From Balamuthia mandrillaris (lineage: Eukaryota), in the NCBI GenBank assembly GCA_031835245.2, contig JAVKOQ020000039.1:1-64000 (forward strand): 64,000 bases of DNA, in the 5' to 3' direction. The notes under the pieces were generated by a model. It ran no database searches. It worked only from the letters and a program-made list of their open reading frames with translations, and was not told the origin of the DNA. The translations under genes were made by a program, and so were the position numbers. Shown here in pieces: positions 49,434 through 61,920 of this stretch (its first letter is position 1; every line of letters begins with the position of its first letter).

Positions 49434-50800
49434 ATGGAGAACCTTCGCTCGCCGCGGGCTGGCAATGCATCGGGAGAGGACGACTTGTTAACCGAGACGG
49501 AGCGAATGTTTTTAGCTAGCGTGCCACGCGCCTGGGAAGGGATCTTCGAAACGTTGCAGCTGCCTTCTGCTCCCAGCGCTTCGGGCTCGGCACCAAGGTG
49601 GGTGTCTTTGCTTGGCGTTTCCTTTTCTTTCGTTTCTTTCGATAACACTTCTACCGCCGACGAAGCAGCCATACAAAGAAGACGTTGACGCAAGAGAACG
49701 GTTGGGAAGAGGCTCTTCGAAAGGGGCTGGCAGAGGTATGTCAAGAGGCATGCAGAGAACTGGCCGCCAGGTTGGACCAGCTCTGTTCCAGCCTCCTACG
49801 CTCCATGCTAATGCAACACCAGCAACATAAGAATAATGCGTCAGCATCTTTAGCTTCCAAAACCAAGCAAGCTTCTTCTCCGTTGAACGAAGCGAACACT
49901 GAGCTGGAACGTCTTCGACGAGAGGTTGCTCGTTTGAAGGACGAGAACGCACGCCTCGCTCGTGAGAACAACAAGAAGAAGATAAACGAACGCAAGGAGA
50001 AGAATGTAGAAGAAAGAGTCAACGCCAAGGTTCGGAAACTGCTCAAAGAGAGACGCAAACAGGAAACATTGGCTCAACTGAGCAACACAGTGACACTTGA
50101 TGTTCGTGGACACATCTACGAGATCGAGTTGGGCAACCTCATTGAAGGTCTTTATCCTTCTCTTCCATTTAACAACAAGCCTTCTTCTTCAACGTCAGAA
50201 CTTGCAAAGATGTTTTCATGGGAGGGACTCAAGTTTGACAAGAATCACCAACTGTTGAACAACAAGACTGTGTACATAGATCGAAAGAGAGGGGAATTGT
50301 GGGGTTTTATCGTGGAATACTTCAAGAATGGGGGAAGGTGGGGCATCATCCCTGAAGACACCTTCGTGAGGCAAGGGCTAAGAAAGGAGGCACAATGGTT
50401 GCAGCTTCCATTACCTGCAGAACTCGAACCAACTGAGGTAAATGCTTCTTCTCCCTCGTCTTCATCTTCAGAAAACGAAGACAGAAAGAAAGTGGAGAAG
50501 AAAGAGAACGGCAAACGAAAGCATAGGAGGAGACTGGTGAAAAGTTGGTTGTTGGAAGGGGAAACTACGGAGGCAAAAAGTGTAGAAGGAGTATTCCAAG
50601 AGGTGGCAAGCGACAAAGAATCCGAACTCGTGGCGCGGTTATTGCAACCTTCTACAGAAGTAGCGCAGGGAGTGAACGAACGACCGGCACCACAAACGAA
50701 GCAGAAGGCGGAACCGCCTGCCCCAACAAGCCATGCCGCCAGGCGGAGAAAGGGAACGCTTGTACTACAAATTGATGATTCTGATCTCTTTGCACCATAA
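49434..50800 (+). CDS. Coiled-coil + BTB/POZ (KCTD/T1-type) domain protein, 2 exons
   Basis: TVTLDVRGHIYEI...L...SELAKMFS...VYIDR...LWGFIVEYFKNG...LRKEAQWLQL. Confidence 0.7.
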
Positions 50801-51124
50801 TAACAAAACATTATCGTAAAAGGAAGAAGCGACGATAATGATGAAAGGAACCTCACCTCCACTCCGTTACGTACTCACATGACCTCCTTCTCCCGTGAAA
50901 GAGCTCTTTTCGTACAAAGAGCTCAAAGGAAACCAAACCAAAGCTACCATGTCGACAAAAATTTCCGCGCCTTCAACCAAAAAAAAAAACGCCAAGGTCC
51001 GGCGTCGAACCAACGCACTGAGCCGTGGTTGAACACACCTAAGAGGTTGGGGTCACACTTAGTCTCGCTTCCATAAATAAAAGAAGAAAGAAAAAAAGAG
51101 AAGAGAAGAGAAGAGGGGCTGCAC

Positions 51125-51657
51125 ATGTGGTGGTTGTCTTTCTCGGTGTCGGCGGCGGTGACTGCGCTGCTGGGGTGGTCGTTGTGGGGTTTGGTGTCTC
51201 TCTACGGGTTCAAATCGCGGCTTCCGAGGGGAAGTAGCACCAACAAACAAGGAGACAAAAAAGCAAGCAGGTTGAAGATCGCCTTCATCCATCCTGACCT
51301 TGGCATCGGTTTCCCATCCTACTTTACTTTTTTGCAATAAAAAACTGCTTTTATCTAACTGTTTTTGTTCCGGTGGTGTTTTTAAAAAAGGAGGGGCAGA
51401 GAGACTGGTGGTGGACGCTGCGTTGGGTCTTCAGAGTGCAGGGCATTCTGTGGTCATATTTACTGCTCACCACGACCCTTCTCATTGCTTCGTGGAGACT
51501 ATCAATGGTGCGCTACTCTCCTCTCCTCCTCTTTTTTGGTTCATCATCGATCCATTTTGTTTCACTTTTTTTTCTACCTTTTTGACTGCATTACACAACG
51601 CAAAGGATCGTTGACGTGTTATGCACTTCTTCGTCTTTGCTTCTTGTTTTCTTGTTC

Positions 51658-51701
<44 letters not shown>

Positions 51702-53610
51702 CTTCTTCTTCTTCTTCTTCTTCTTCTTCTTCTTTTTTCTTCTTTCTTCTTGTTCTTCTTGTTCTTCTTCTTCTTCTTGTTCTCTTCTTTTCTTGTTCTT
51801 CTTCTTCTTTCTTCTTCTTCTTCTTCTTCTTCTTCTTCTTCTTCTTCTTGTTCTTCTTCTTCTTCTTCTTCTTCTTCTTCTTCTTCTTCTTCTTCTTCTT
51901 CTTCTCATTTCATTTTTTGATGATAACTAGGAACTCTGGAGGTTCGTGTTTATGGAGATTGGCTTCCACGTTCCTTCCTCGGACGGTTTCACACGCTTTT
52001 CGCTCTGTTACGCAATGTACGTGCAATGAGAGAGAAGATAAGGAGGGTTAACAGCGAAGCAGAAAATAGGGAGGCAACGAGCACAGAGCTCGAGAAGAAT
52101 GAACCAGACAAAAGAGGAAGTTTAGAGCTAACGATACACTTTTTTGTTATGTAGTTTTGGGTAGCTCATCAGCTGGTAAAACAGCATCATAAAGATGCTT
52201 CCAGCTCACAAGGTGGTTATGACATCATTTTTTCGGACTCTATTTCAGCCTCCATTCCTCTTTTTAAACGCGCCACCAACGCCAAGGTTTGTATTATTAT
52301 TTTGGTTTAATTGTTAGGCCATCATTCTCATTCTTTTCTCTCTTATAGGTGGTATTTTATTGCCACTTTCCGGATCAGTTATTAACACAAAGAAAGAGTT
52401 TCTTGAAGAAACTGTATCGGTGGCCTATTGATTGGGTAGAAGAAATCACTACCGGTATTTTCTTGTTGTTGTTATCTTAGTTTGTTCTGTATTTCTTGTG
52501 GTTTCTTTCTTTGTTATCTTCCATGATAGTTAACAATGCCACTTTCTCCCTTTTATCGATTTAAAGGAATGGCGGATATTGTGTTAGTTAATAGCATATT
52601 TACACAACAGACGTTCCTTAATACGTTTCAACGGTTAGCTCAACGTGACGATCCACCAACCGTTGTCTATCCCAGCATCAACTTTCAACAATACGACATG
52701 CAAGAAGAAGGAAGCGACGATGAGAATAAGAATAAGGCGAATGAGGAAGAAGCAGAGGAGTTGATGTTCTTGTCGGTGAACAGATACGAAAGAAAGAAGA
52801 ACATTGGACTTGCTATAGAAGCGTTCGCCAAACTTAAGGAATTGAGACCAAAGCTTTATCCGCGCCTGCGGTTAGTGATAGCTGGTACTTTCGTTCAGTC
52901 TTCTTTTTGCTTCGCTTCTATTTTTCATTTGTCTTCGTTATCTTCTTTCGTTGATTTCTTTATTTTCTTTATCATGTGTTTGCTTCGGGTTTGACAAAAA
53001 AGGTGGTTATGATCCTCGCAACAATGAAAACAAAGAACATTTCGAGGAGTTGGTCGCAACAGCCAAGCAACTGAACGTACCTTCCGACCAAATCTCTTTC
53101 CTTCGCTCTATTTCTGCCAAAGAACGAAACCGACTGCTGCATAAATGTCTCGCTGTAATTTACACTCCTGAAAATGAACACTTTGGTTTGTTCTTTTTCT
53201 TACTCACTTCTTGTTGTTGTTCTTCTTCTTTTTCTGCCTACGTTCTTCTCTCTTGTTATGTCTGACTTCATCCTTCTGTCCTCTTTCATCAACTTACGCT
53301 TTATTCAAATAAAATAGGAATTGTTCCAGTGGAAGCAATGTATGCAAAGCGACCAGTGATAGCGTGTAACAGCGGAGGACCAACGGAGAGCATCAAAGAT
53401 GGCGAGACAGGCTTTCTCTGTTCTCCCAATGCAGCCTCCTTTGCCGAGAAGATGGCCTTGCTGGTGGACTCCGGCATTACCCACGCTCGCGAGACGTTTG
53501 GGGAGGCGGCTCGTGCCCATGTTCTACGTAAGTTCTCTCTGGCGCGTTTCACCGAGCAGCTAGAAGATTGTATGGGCACCACCACCGCTAAAAAGAAAAG
53601 AGAAGATTAG
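51125..53610 (+). CDS. ALG2: Alpha-1,3/1,6-mannosyltransferase ALG2 (GT4), multi-exon
   Basis: [95 protein letters not shown]. Confidence 0.95.
51650..51905. repeat. Intronic (GTT)n/(CTT)n microsatellite
   Basis: Direct inspection; lies in an ALG2 intron. Confidence 0.9.
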
Positions 53611-53638
53611 ATGAAAAGTTCACCACCACGTGCTCATG

Positions 53639-53682
<44 letters not shown>

Positions 53683-54119
53683 GCAATGTTTCTCAGTTGA
53701 ACCACCTCAGCACACCATCCTCACTTTGTTGTGTCGCTTCATCACGTCGTGCGAAGAGAACGAAGAACAGAACGAAGAAAGCAAAGTGAAAAGAAGCAGA
53801 AAGAGGAGAGGAGACAAACAAAAGGAAAAATATGCAGAAGAGGAAGAAGCGGAAGAAGAACAAACACAAAAGAAGAAGAGAAAGAAGACTAAGAGTGGAA
53901 GCGGAAAGATGTATGACGAGAAAAAGCTGAAAGGTATGAGAAGAAGCGAGTTGCAGAAGCTGTGTAAGTTGCACAGCATTCCCGCCTCACAAACTTGAAG
54001 AAAACTGCTAAAGGCAACCTCCACCTGACAAACCCTTCAACCAAGTATTTATAGCAAACAACTTTTGCCTTGCTTTCTCCAGTTCAGCAAACAACAACCC
54101 ACAACGACAACAAAAAACA

Positions 54120-55000
54120 ATGAGACTTTTGTGGCGCATCGCGTTGGGTTTGCTGTTGGTCTCTGCTGCTTTTGCAGCTCCCACCAGGAGAGGAGTCAAC
54201 TATGGAAGTGGAGATGTTTCCTATGACGGCGACGATGTGAACTACGACGGCGGAGATGTTTCCTACGATGTGACCTACGACGGCGGAGACGTTTCCTACG
54301 ATGGTGGAGATGTGTCTTATGATGGAGGAGATGTTTCGTATGGAGATGACGTCGTTGCTCCTGAGATCACCTGGGAGAAGTACAAGAAGGTTGTCACCAT
54401 GCCCAAGCTTTACGTTGAGGACGTTGTCTTGGAGGACCTCCGGATGAACGACCTCTACCCTGGAAACATGAAGGTCCCTGACGTGCACTTCCCTGAGATC
54501 CCCATGGGCAGCCTGGAGTTCCCCAAGGTCGCTGGCCCCAAGATCTACATCCCTGGTAATGCATCGCTCTTTGCCGATGTCTGTTGTTTGTTTTTACTTC
54601 CAGCTGCCTCCTGTATCTCACCTTCTCTTCCTCCTTCATCTTCTCCTTCCTCACTTACCGTTGTTGAAACATTTACAACAGAGATCAAGTTCCCCAAGAT
54701 TACCCTTCCTCCCATTAAGTTCCCGAGATTCAGGTGGAGGCCATCCAGATCCCCAGTCTCCCCGCCAGGTCCATCCAGCTCAATGACCCTGAGCTGGAGG
54801 ACGTGGAGGTGCCCAACATCCAGATCCCTGTGGTGGCCGGCCATGTGATCAAGCTGCCCACCATCAAGATGGCTGACATCAAGCTGCCCCACGAGAAGAT
54901 TCCCAACGTGAAGGTGCCTGACGTGAAGTACGAGTACGAGGTCCCCAACATCCACTTCCCCGAGCCTGAGCATGAGGACGTTCAGGGTGGCTACTATTAG
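54120..55000 (+). CDS. Secreted repetitive protein (GGDVSYD repeats plus P/I/V/K-rich repeats); apparent 1-nt frameshift near 54723
   Basis: Signal peptide MRLLWRIALGLLLVSAAFA, about six GGDV(S/N/T)YD units, one intron, and strongly C/G-ending codons. The pattern continues in a shifted frame to ...DVQGGYY-stop. Confidence 0.7.
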
Positions 55001-55174
55001 GCACATTCTGGCCAACTGAAGAACAAGTTTTTTTTTGAAACGTCCGTTCAGGATGTTTGACTTTGTCCCTCGTATGCAGAGCATAAAAACATAACAAAGA
55101 TTTTGTATCTGACCATCCTCCTCCACTTCACCCAAATCAACTAGGGCACTTCGCAAGCAAGAGCAAGAAACGCC

Positions 55175-55293
55175 GGATACGGCCATACTGCGGAGAAAGC
55201 ACCGCTTCCCGTCCGATCAGCGAAGTTAAGCTCCGCCAGGCGATGTTAGTACTGGGGTGGGTGACCACCCGGGAATCCATCGTGCTGTATCCT
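55175..55293 (+). rRNA. 5S ribosomal RNA (solitary copy)
   Basis: 119 nt GGATACGGCCATAC...CCGATCAGCGAAGTTAAG...TTAGTACTGGGGTGGGTGACCACCCGGGAA...GTATCCT. Ends pair, followed by a T-rich terminator. Very close to the Acanthamoeba 5S sequence as I recall it. Confidence 0.97.
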
Positions 55294-55649
55294 CTTTCTT
55301 TTTTTGCCTTGTTCGCACACCCCAAAGTACGAATAACATCGGCTGAATCCTCTTTTATTCGTTTGCATCCTTCCCTCTTTCCTCTTCCTTTTTCTCGTTC
55401 TGGATCCTTTCTCTGCTCTCTCGCTATCTCTCTCTCTCTCTCGTCTCGTCTCTAGCATTCGTGTTGGAAGGCAACGCGTGTTCGGCATTAATAAAACTAT
55501 CGACAGAGTCCTAAAAATGTCGACACTTTGTCGATAGGTTTGATTCGTGTCGACTATCTCTGAATAATTTGTCGACGAAAATAATCAAAAAAATCGTGAG
55601 AGAAAATAATAATTGTTTGGGAAAGAAAAAAAAGAAGAGAGAGAGAAAG

Positions 55650-56086
55650 ATGAGCAGCGCGTCGACGACCACAACAACAACACCCCTTGCCTTCGTCCTG
55701 CCCAAAGAGTGTGAGGTGGACACCAAATGGGACAGATGCTTTGAGAACCTTTTTACACACAACCTGATCGGCTTTGGCGTCGGATTGCTCTCCTTTGCTC
55801 TCGTTCGTACGTAGTTTAAACTCTTCTCTTTCACTCTTTCTTTCTCTCCCCTAATCGTATTTCGAATTCGTTCGTTTGCCAACAAAAAAACAAAAACCAA
55901 AAAGGACGAACATGGGCAAGAGCCACGTTGTTTGGCTTCTCGGTCGGTGTGGCAAATGGACATGCCTACAGCTGGTGTAAATACGACCTCTCTCATCCGC
56001 TCCTACTCCACGGCAAAAAACTAAAGGGCTTCTCTCCTTCTTCGTTATCCACCAACGACAACGCCGCTTCTGCTTCTTCTGAATAA
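55650..56086 (+). CDS. MIC10: MICOS complex subunit Mic10, 2 exons
   Basis: KWDRCFEN...IGFGVGLLSFALVR/RTW....FGFSVGVANGHAYSWC: KWDRC motif, glycine-motif TMs and a basic loop. Confidence 0.82.
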
Positions 56087-56276
56087 TCAAACCATCAAAC
56101 CATCAAAAAAAAAACCAACTGTTGGGCCGCAAATCCCTTTTTTTTTTCTCCATCAAAACGAACAAAATCATTTTATTTTCATTTTATTTAATAAAATTAA
56201 ATACAAATAAAATACAATAAAATAAAATAAAATAAAATAAAATAAAATACAAATAAAATACAATGCAAACTTTTTT

Positions 56277-59200
56277 TTATTTGTTGCCAACTGCTTGAAC
56301 ATGCACATCACGCTCAAACACAGCAAAGCCAACGTTCTTCATCTGCACGATGTTCTTCGCCGCGCTGTCGTCCCTCTCCATCTTTCTTCTCTCCTCCTCC
56401 CTCTCCGCCTCCCCGCCCCCTCCCTTCTGCTGCTGCAGCCGTCTCATCTCCTCCTGCTGGTGCTGCTCCCTCATGAACCCATCCAATCGTTCCGCCTCTC
56501 GGATGAAGTTGATGTAATGCCTTTGTTTCCATCCTCCTCCTCCTTCTTCTTTCATCTTCTCTTCTTTCTTCTTCTTGGCCTCGTTGTTGGCATTGCTGTT
56601 GATGGTGTTCATGCCGCGTTGCATCAAGCGTTGGAAAGAGATCAGCTTCAAGCGGGCCAGATTGTACTCGCCTCGTTGGGCCAGGGTGGCGCTTTGGTGA
56701 ATGGCGTGAAGGGCGACCACGGCGGCGTTCATGGAGCGTTCGGCGGTGGAGCGCTCTCCGGTGGCGGAGAGCTGTTGAGAGACCACTTTGAGGCAGCGAT
56801 AGCCATCCGGTCTGGTGTAGTTTATCTGTTTGCAGAGCAGAAAGACAGGGGGATAAGAATGCGAGAACAGGCGCAGAAGAAGAAGAAGAAGCGATAAGAA
56901 ACAAACCTGAACTTGGAGAGGGATGGAAGAGATGTCGTTGTTGATGTTGCTCTTAGAAAAGAACTTGTCCTTGAATGCAAACGTGATGCTGCTGTCTTCG
57001 GTGACATTGCCAACATCAACGCTCGCATAATTCTTCACCTCTGGTGAAGTTGTTTTCTCTTTGCCTTTGTCCTCCTCCTTCTTTTTGCTTCCTTCGCTGT
57101 TCTCTTCTTCTCCCACCGAAGCGCAAACCTCAAAGCCAACAGGAAGTATGGCTTTGACAGAGACCATGCTCGCCAGTATAGGTTTGTGGATGGCAGAGAC
57201 GATGTTGGTGGTAAGGTCGAGAGGATCGACGATGTCGACGGTGCCTCCCGTGGCATCGGCCAGCGTCCCCAACGTCTCCATCGAACAGTCATCTCCACGA
57301 ATGGATATAACGCTTATCATTGTTCCTGTGAGGTTTCGTTTAAACAAAAAAAAGACAGTGAGAAAGAGAATGCAGCAATGCAGCACAAAACAAAGAATGT
57401 ACCGTTCTGTTTGGCGATATTGGCCAGCTGTTGGTAGAACGCAGCGGCACTGTTCTTCTCCTCCACAGTGGCCACGTCCAAGTTGCCCACGCCAACATTG
57501 GCCAATCCGTCCGTGCAAATCACCACCTTGGAGCCGCTCGGCGCCATCGAGGTCATACCCACGGCATAAGCCAGAGCAGGTCCCAAAGCGGTGGCTCCAC
57601 ATTCTTGCAAGGAGTTCACTCTCTCCATCAAAGCATCGCAGCATTTGGCGGCAGGCATAGTGCAGCCGTTATAGCTCGCTCCTCTCTTGAGCAGCTCCTC
57701 CGTGTCGTATAGACGATCTCCCGCGATGACTTCAGGCTCGCGTTGAGAGAGGCCGTCTCCATAGACGGTGACCTCGTGGTTGAAGGTGATGAGCGCGGGA
57801 CGTTGGTTGGGAGAGGAGGAAGAGGAGGAGGCCATCAGTTGAAGCTCCTTGTGGACGGCCGATTGAACGCATTCCATTCTGCTTATGTAGGAGACGGAGC
57901 GACTTTGTCCGGGCAGCCATTGGGAGGCACCTTCTGTGAAGGCTAAGAGATCGGAGGAAGAAGAGGCATCGGTTTTCTTCTTGTTGGACAGGAGGTCCAC
58001 CTTTTTGCCTGCGACTGGAGTAACAAATAACAATGATTAGAAAACGAGGAGAGAATAGAGGAGAGGTGAGCATAGAAAAAGAGACAAACCTTCAGTAGTG
58101 ACACACATGGAACCGCTTATATCTATACAGAACACAACTAGCTGTTTCTTGTCTCTCTTGGCTTTGAACTCCTCCGATGGAGTTTCTATCAAGTAATCGG
58201 CCACTTCTGTCTTCGGCACCTCCCCTTCATCCAACATCAATCCATCGTTGGTCTCGCCACAGAACTCACAGCTCCAGTCGCACTCTTCTCCCTCCTCCAA
58301 ACAGTTTGGAGGGTCGAGTTTGCTGTGAACGCTGAGAATGGCGCCACACCGTTGACATGTCGTTGGGTCTCCCGTTACCATTGTTTCTTGCTCCGAGCTT
58401 TATCATTGTTTCGATCCACATATAAGAAACGCAAAGAAGAAACGGAAAAGAAAGGAAAAGAAAGAACAGACATAAAACAAAGAGAATTAAGGCTGTGACA
58501 TTACCTGGAAGATGCTTCTTGCGAAAGAGAAGACAGAGCAACGCGAACAATGTTAGTGTCAGAGATGGCATGTTTGATGGCTTCACCACGGCTCTCGACA
58601 ACCTCTTCCTCCTTCTCAGTTTTGTCTTCCGAAGCAGTCAAAGGACAGGAAGGCGAAGAGGAAGCAGAAATGTCGAAGATCTTGGCGTAGTCGACTGTCT
58701 TTCTTGTTGCGTAGCTGGAAGAGGAAGTAGAAGAAGCACAAGTCGGCCAACACTTTCTATGAATAATGCTTGGCCCTGTTTATTTCGTGAAGAAAGAACA
58801 GAAAGAGGGTTAAGAACAGAGAATGAATAGCGGAGAAACAAGACAAACCAGATTCATCATAATCTTCTTTAGAGACCCAAAGCTGAGGCATGGTTGAAAG
58901 AGAGCCAAGAATGCTTTGGCCTATCCACACTGAGTACTTTCTTTCAGGAGGAGCAATGACATGAACCCTCTTTTTCGTTGTTCAAGCGAATGAAGATAAG
59001 AACAGGAACGAGAAAGTACAAGAAGGAAAGCAAACCGTTGTAGAAGGTGCAAGAGCGCTAATCTCTTTAACCATACGTTCTGCAATCCCATCAAACATTG
59101 TTGAACCTGGTAGTTTGCAAAGCACATGAGAACCTAGGTGCAGCAGACAAAAAGAAGTTCAAAGGAAGCACAAACCTCCTGCAAGAACAATGTTGCCAAA

Positions 59201-60821
59201 CAGAGTTCGTTTGATGCTGCTGTCCGCTTTCATGATGGAATTGTAGGCCATCTCGTGTATACCCTGTTGCTCCATTCCCAGAAAAGATGGTTCGAACAGA
59301 GCTTCACCACATCGGAAACTGTGTTGAAGAAAAAAGAACAAGGAGATAGAAGATGAGGTTATTTCTTCAGACAAAAAGCAGAACAAAGAACATACCGCTC
59401 GTTACCAACAGTGATGACTTGTCCATCAGGCAACTCGTAGCTTTTCTCCAACGAACTAGAAGTGGCCGCCATTTGCATCTCTTGTTCAAAGTCCAAAGCC
59501 ACATAGCCAAGACGCTTTTCATTCCATGAACACCAACCAAAAATAAGTAAAAATGAAACAGTAAAAGCGTTTTGTTCTTGCTAATACCTCTTTGACATCT
59601 CTGACGATTTCTCGCTCCGCGGTGGTTGTGAAGGAGTATCCTCGCTCAGTCATAATCTTCATCATGTAATCCGTCAGGTCCCTGCCTGCCAAAGATAACG
59701 ACTATATATAGCAAGACATATTAATTGAGAAAGCAAGAATAGAAGAAGAAGAAACGTTACGGAAATGGAATGGGCAAGGGGATAGCCTTCAAAACAGGCA
59801 ACAGAGTGAGTGGTAGTCTCGCCGCTCTCCAAAACAACGCCAGTGGCTCGTCCACTAGCATACAAAGCATGCACTGACGACAGTTGCAAGTAGAGAGCTG
59901 GAACCTATTTTGTGTTCGTTGAAGAAGAATAAGAAGAAGAAGATCAAGAAGAAATGGCAACGCTTGTTATAAACCAAAAGTAACACAGATAAGAAAGAAA
60001 CCGTACGTTGAATGTCTCAAACATGATTTGTGTAAGCTTCTCTCTGCAATTTAATGGATTGAGAGGGCCTTCTGTGTGGAGCACAGGATGTTCTTCCGGG
60101 GCTACTCTCAGCTCGTTGTAGAAAGTGTGATGCCATATCTTCTCCATATCATCCCAATTCGTTACAATCCCTATTCGTTTGTTTAGAAGAAGCAAAGGAG
60201 AAGAAGAGACAGTACAAACCTCCTTCACAGGGGTAACGAAGAGTAAGAATGCCACGTTTGCATTGCGCCTCGGATCCGACGTAACTGTCTTTCTGTCCCA
60301 TTCCGACCATCACTCCTGTGTGCCGAGGACGACCCACCAACGATGGGAAAACGCTCCTGTTATCATTATTATTAATTGTTTACAGGGAGATATGGTTGGA
60401 AAGACAGAAAAGAACGTACCTTGGAGCATCATCTCCAGCAAAGCCAGCTTTCATCCATCCACTGCTGTTATCGATGGCAATGCATTGCACATCTTCCACA
60501 GTCAACGAAGATGATGAAGAGGTCAAAGCGGAACTAAAGGGGGGAGAATAAGAACCAGACGATTCCTTCGGTTCTTCTTCTTCCCCTCCCAGCTCCTCTT
60601 CCAGTTGAGCTTGCAAACGACGCAGCTCTGCCTCTCTCTGTCGGGCTCGCTTCTTCTTGGCCGCCATCTCGGCGTTGGTTCGGTTGTTGGCCAGGACGTC
60701 GTACTGCTGGGCCTTGCCCTTCTGGTAGCGAGGTTGCAGCCGTCGAACGGAGGAGAAGACGCCGTTGTGAGAGGACATGGCATCGCTGTGCATTTCTTGA
60801 ACTATAATATAGTAGAAGAGT

Positions 60822-60861
<40 letters not shown>

Positions 60862-61594
60862 ACGAATCAAGAATAGAAAGAAGAAGAAGTAGAAGAAGAA
60901 GAAGAAGAAGAACAAGAACAAGAACAAGAACAAGAACAAGAAGAAGAAGAAGAACAAGAACAAGAACAAGAACAAGATAAGAATAAGAAAGACAAACAAG
61001 AAAGCAAAAAACAAAAGTGCAGAAACGGGTAAAAAAGAAAAACACGAACCACGATCGACAGTGCGTTCATGCTCTTGACCCATACGAATGAGTTCGGAGA
61101 TGAAGGCTTTGTCAACAAGCCCCTTATTCTCTTCCTCTTGAGCGGCCTCCGCCCAGATCTTTGCCTGCGCCATTGCACATGCAGCTATACCGTCTTCTAT
61201 TTCATCTGTTGGTTTTTAAAGAAACGAAAAGAAAGTAAGTTTTCAAAACGAGAGAGAGAGAGAGAAGGGTTGAAACAACAGAAGAACCTTGGAATATGTC
61301 CTCCGTTTCTTCAACCTCTCCTTCTCCTTTCTGGTTCTGGTTTTGTTGTCCTTGTTCTGTTGTTTCTTTTCCTTTTTCTTCTTCCTTTTGTTCTGCTACT
61401 TCTCCTCCTTCTCCTTCTTTCTTTTCGGAAGAAGCAGCAGCTTCTTGCTTTGGTTCGGTGGTGCTTCTCAACAAAGCGAACGCGGAGCCGAATTGCAATA
61501 TAGGTTCCTGTTCCTTGTGTCCCTGACTCGCTGCGGCGGATGAGGCAGAACAGGTTGATGGTGGTGGTGGCGGAGGTGGTGTTGGTGCTTGCAT
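56277..61594 (-). CDS. Fusion protein: N-terminal extension + complete actin domain + Sec23-type Zn finger + vWA (CPRas-like) module
   Basis: Actin from [21 protein letters not shown] to [10 protein letters not shown] reads on without a stop into [11 protein letters not shown]...[37 protein letters not shown]. All junctions checked are GT-AG and in frame. Confidence 0.85.
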
Positions 61595-61920
61595 TACTTG
61601 GTGTTGTTGTTGCGTTTGTTCAAACAAACAAAGAACAGCACAGAACAGAACAGCGCTGCTTGCTTCTTTCTGTTATTTGCTTTCTTCAGTCAAACGCCAT
61701 TTCAGCAAAAAAAATTATCATTACAATTCTGCACAAAGGAAGGTCCTTTTGTGTTGCCTTTGACCTCTGTCGTTCGAACCCCTGCACGAATCGTGGTCTT
61801 CTGCTGTTCAATTACTTTGCTGTGATCAATTAATGCAGAATATGTACACAAAGTACGTGTAGAAATGCGGAATTCGTGTCGTCACGAGAAGCAATATAGG
61901 CGACATGAAACTCAAAAAAC

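Noticed and set aside
51485..52051. Poly-C/S/F/L/R ORFs
   Set aside because: Frames through an ALG2 intron made of trinucleotide repeats.
56176..56265. (AAAAT)n tract as a possible retroelement tail
   Set aside because: Lies between two convergent 3' ends with no element body or TSD; more simply a terminator/polyadenylation region.
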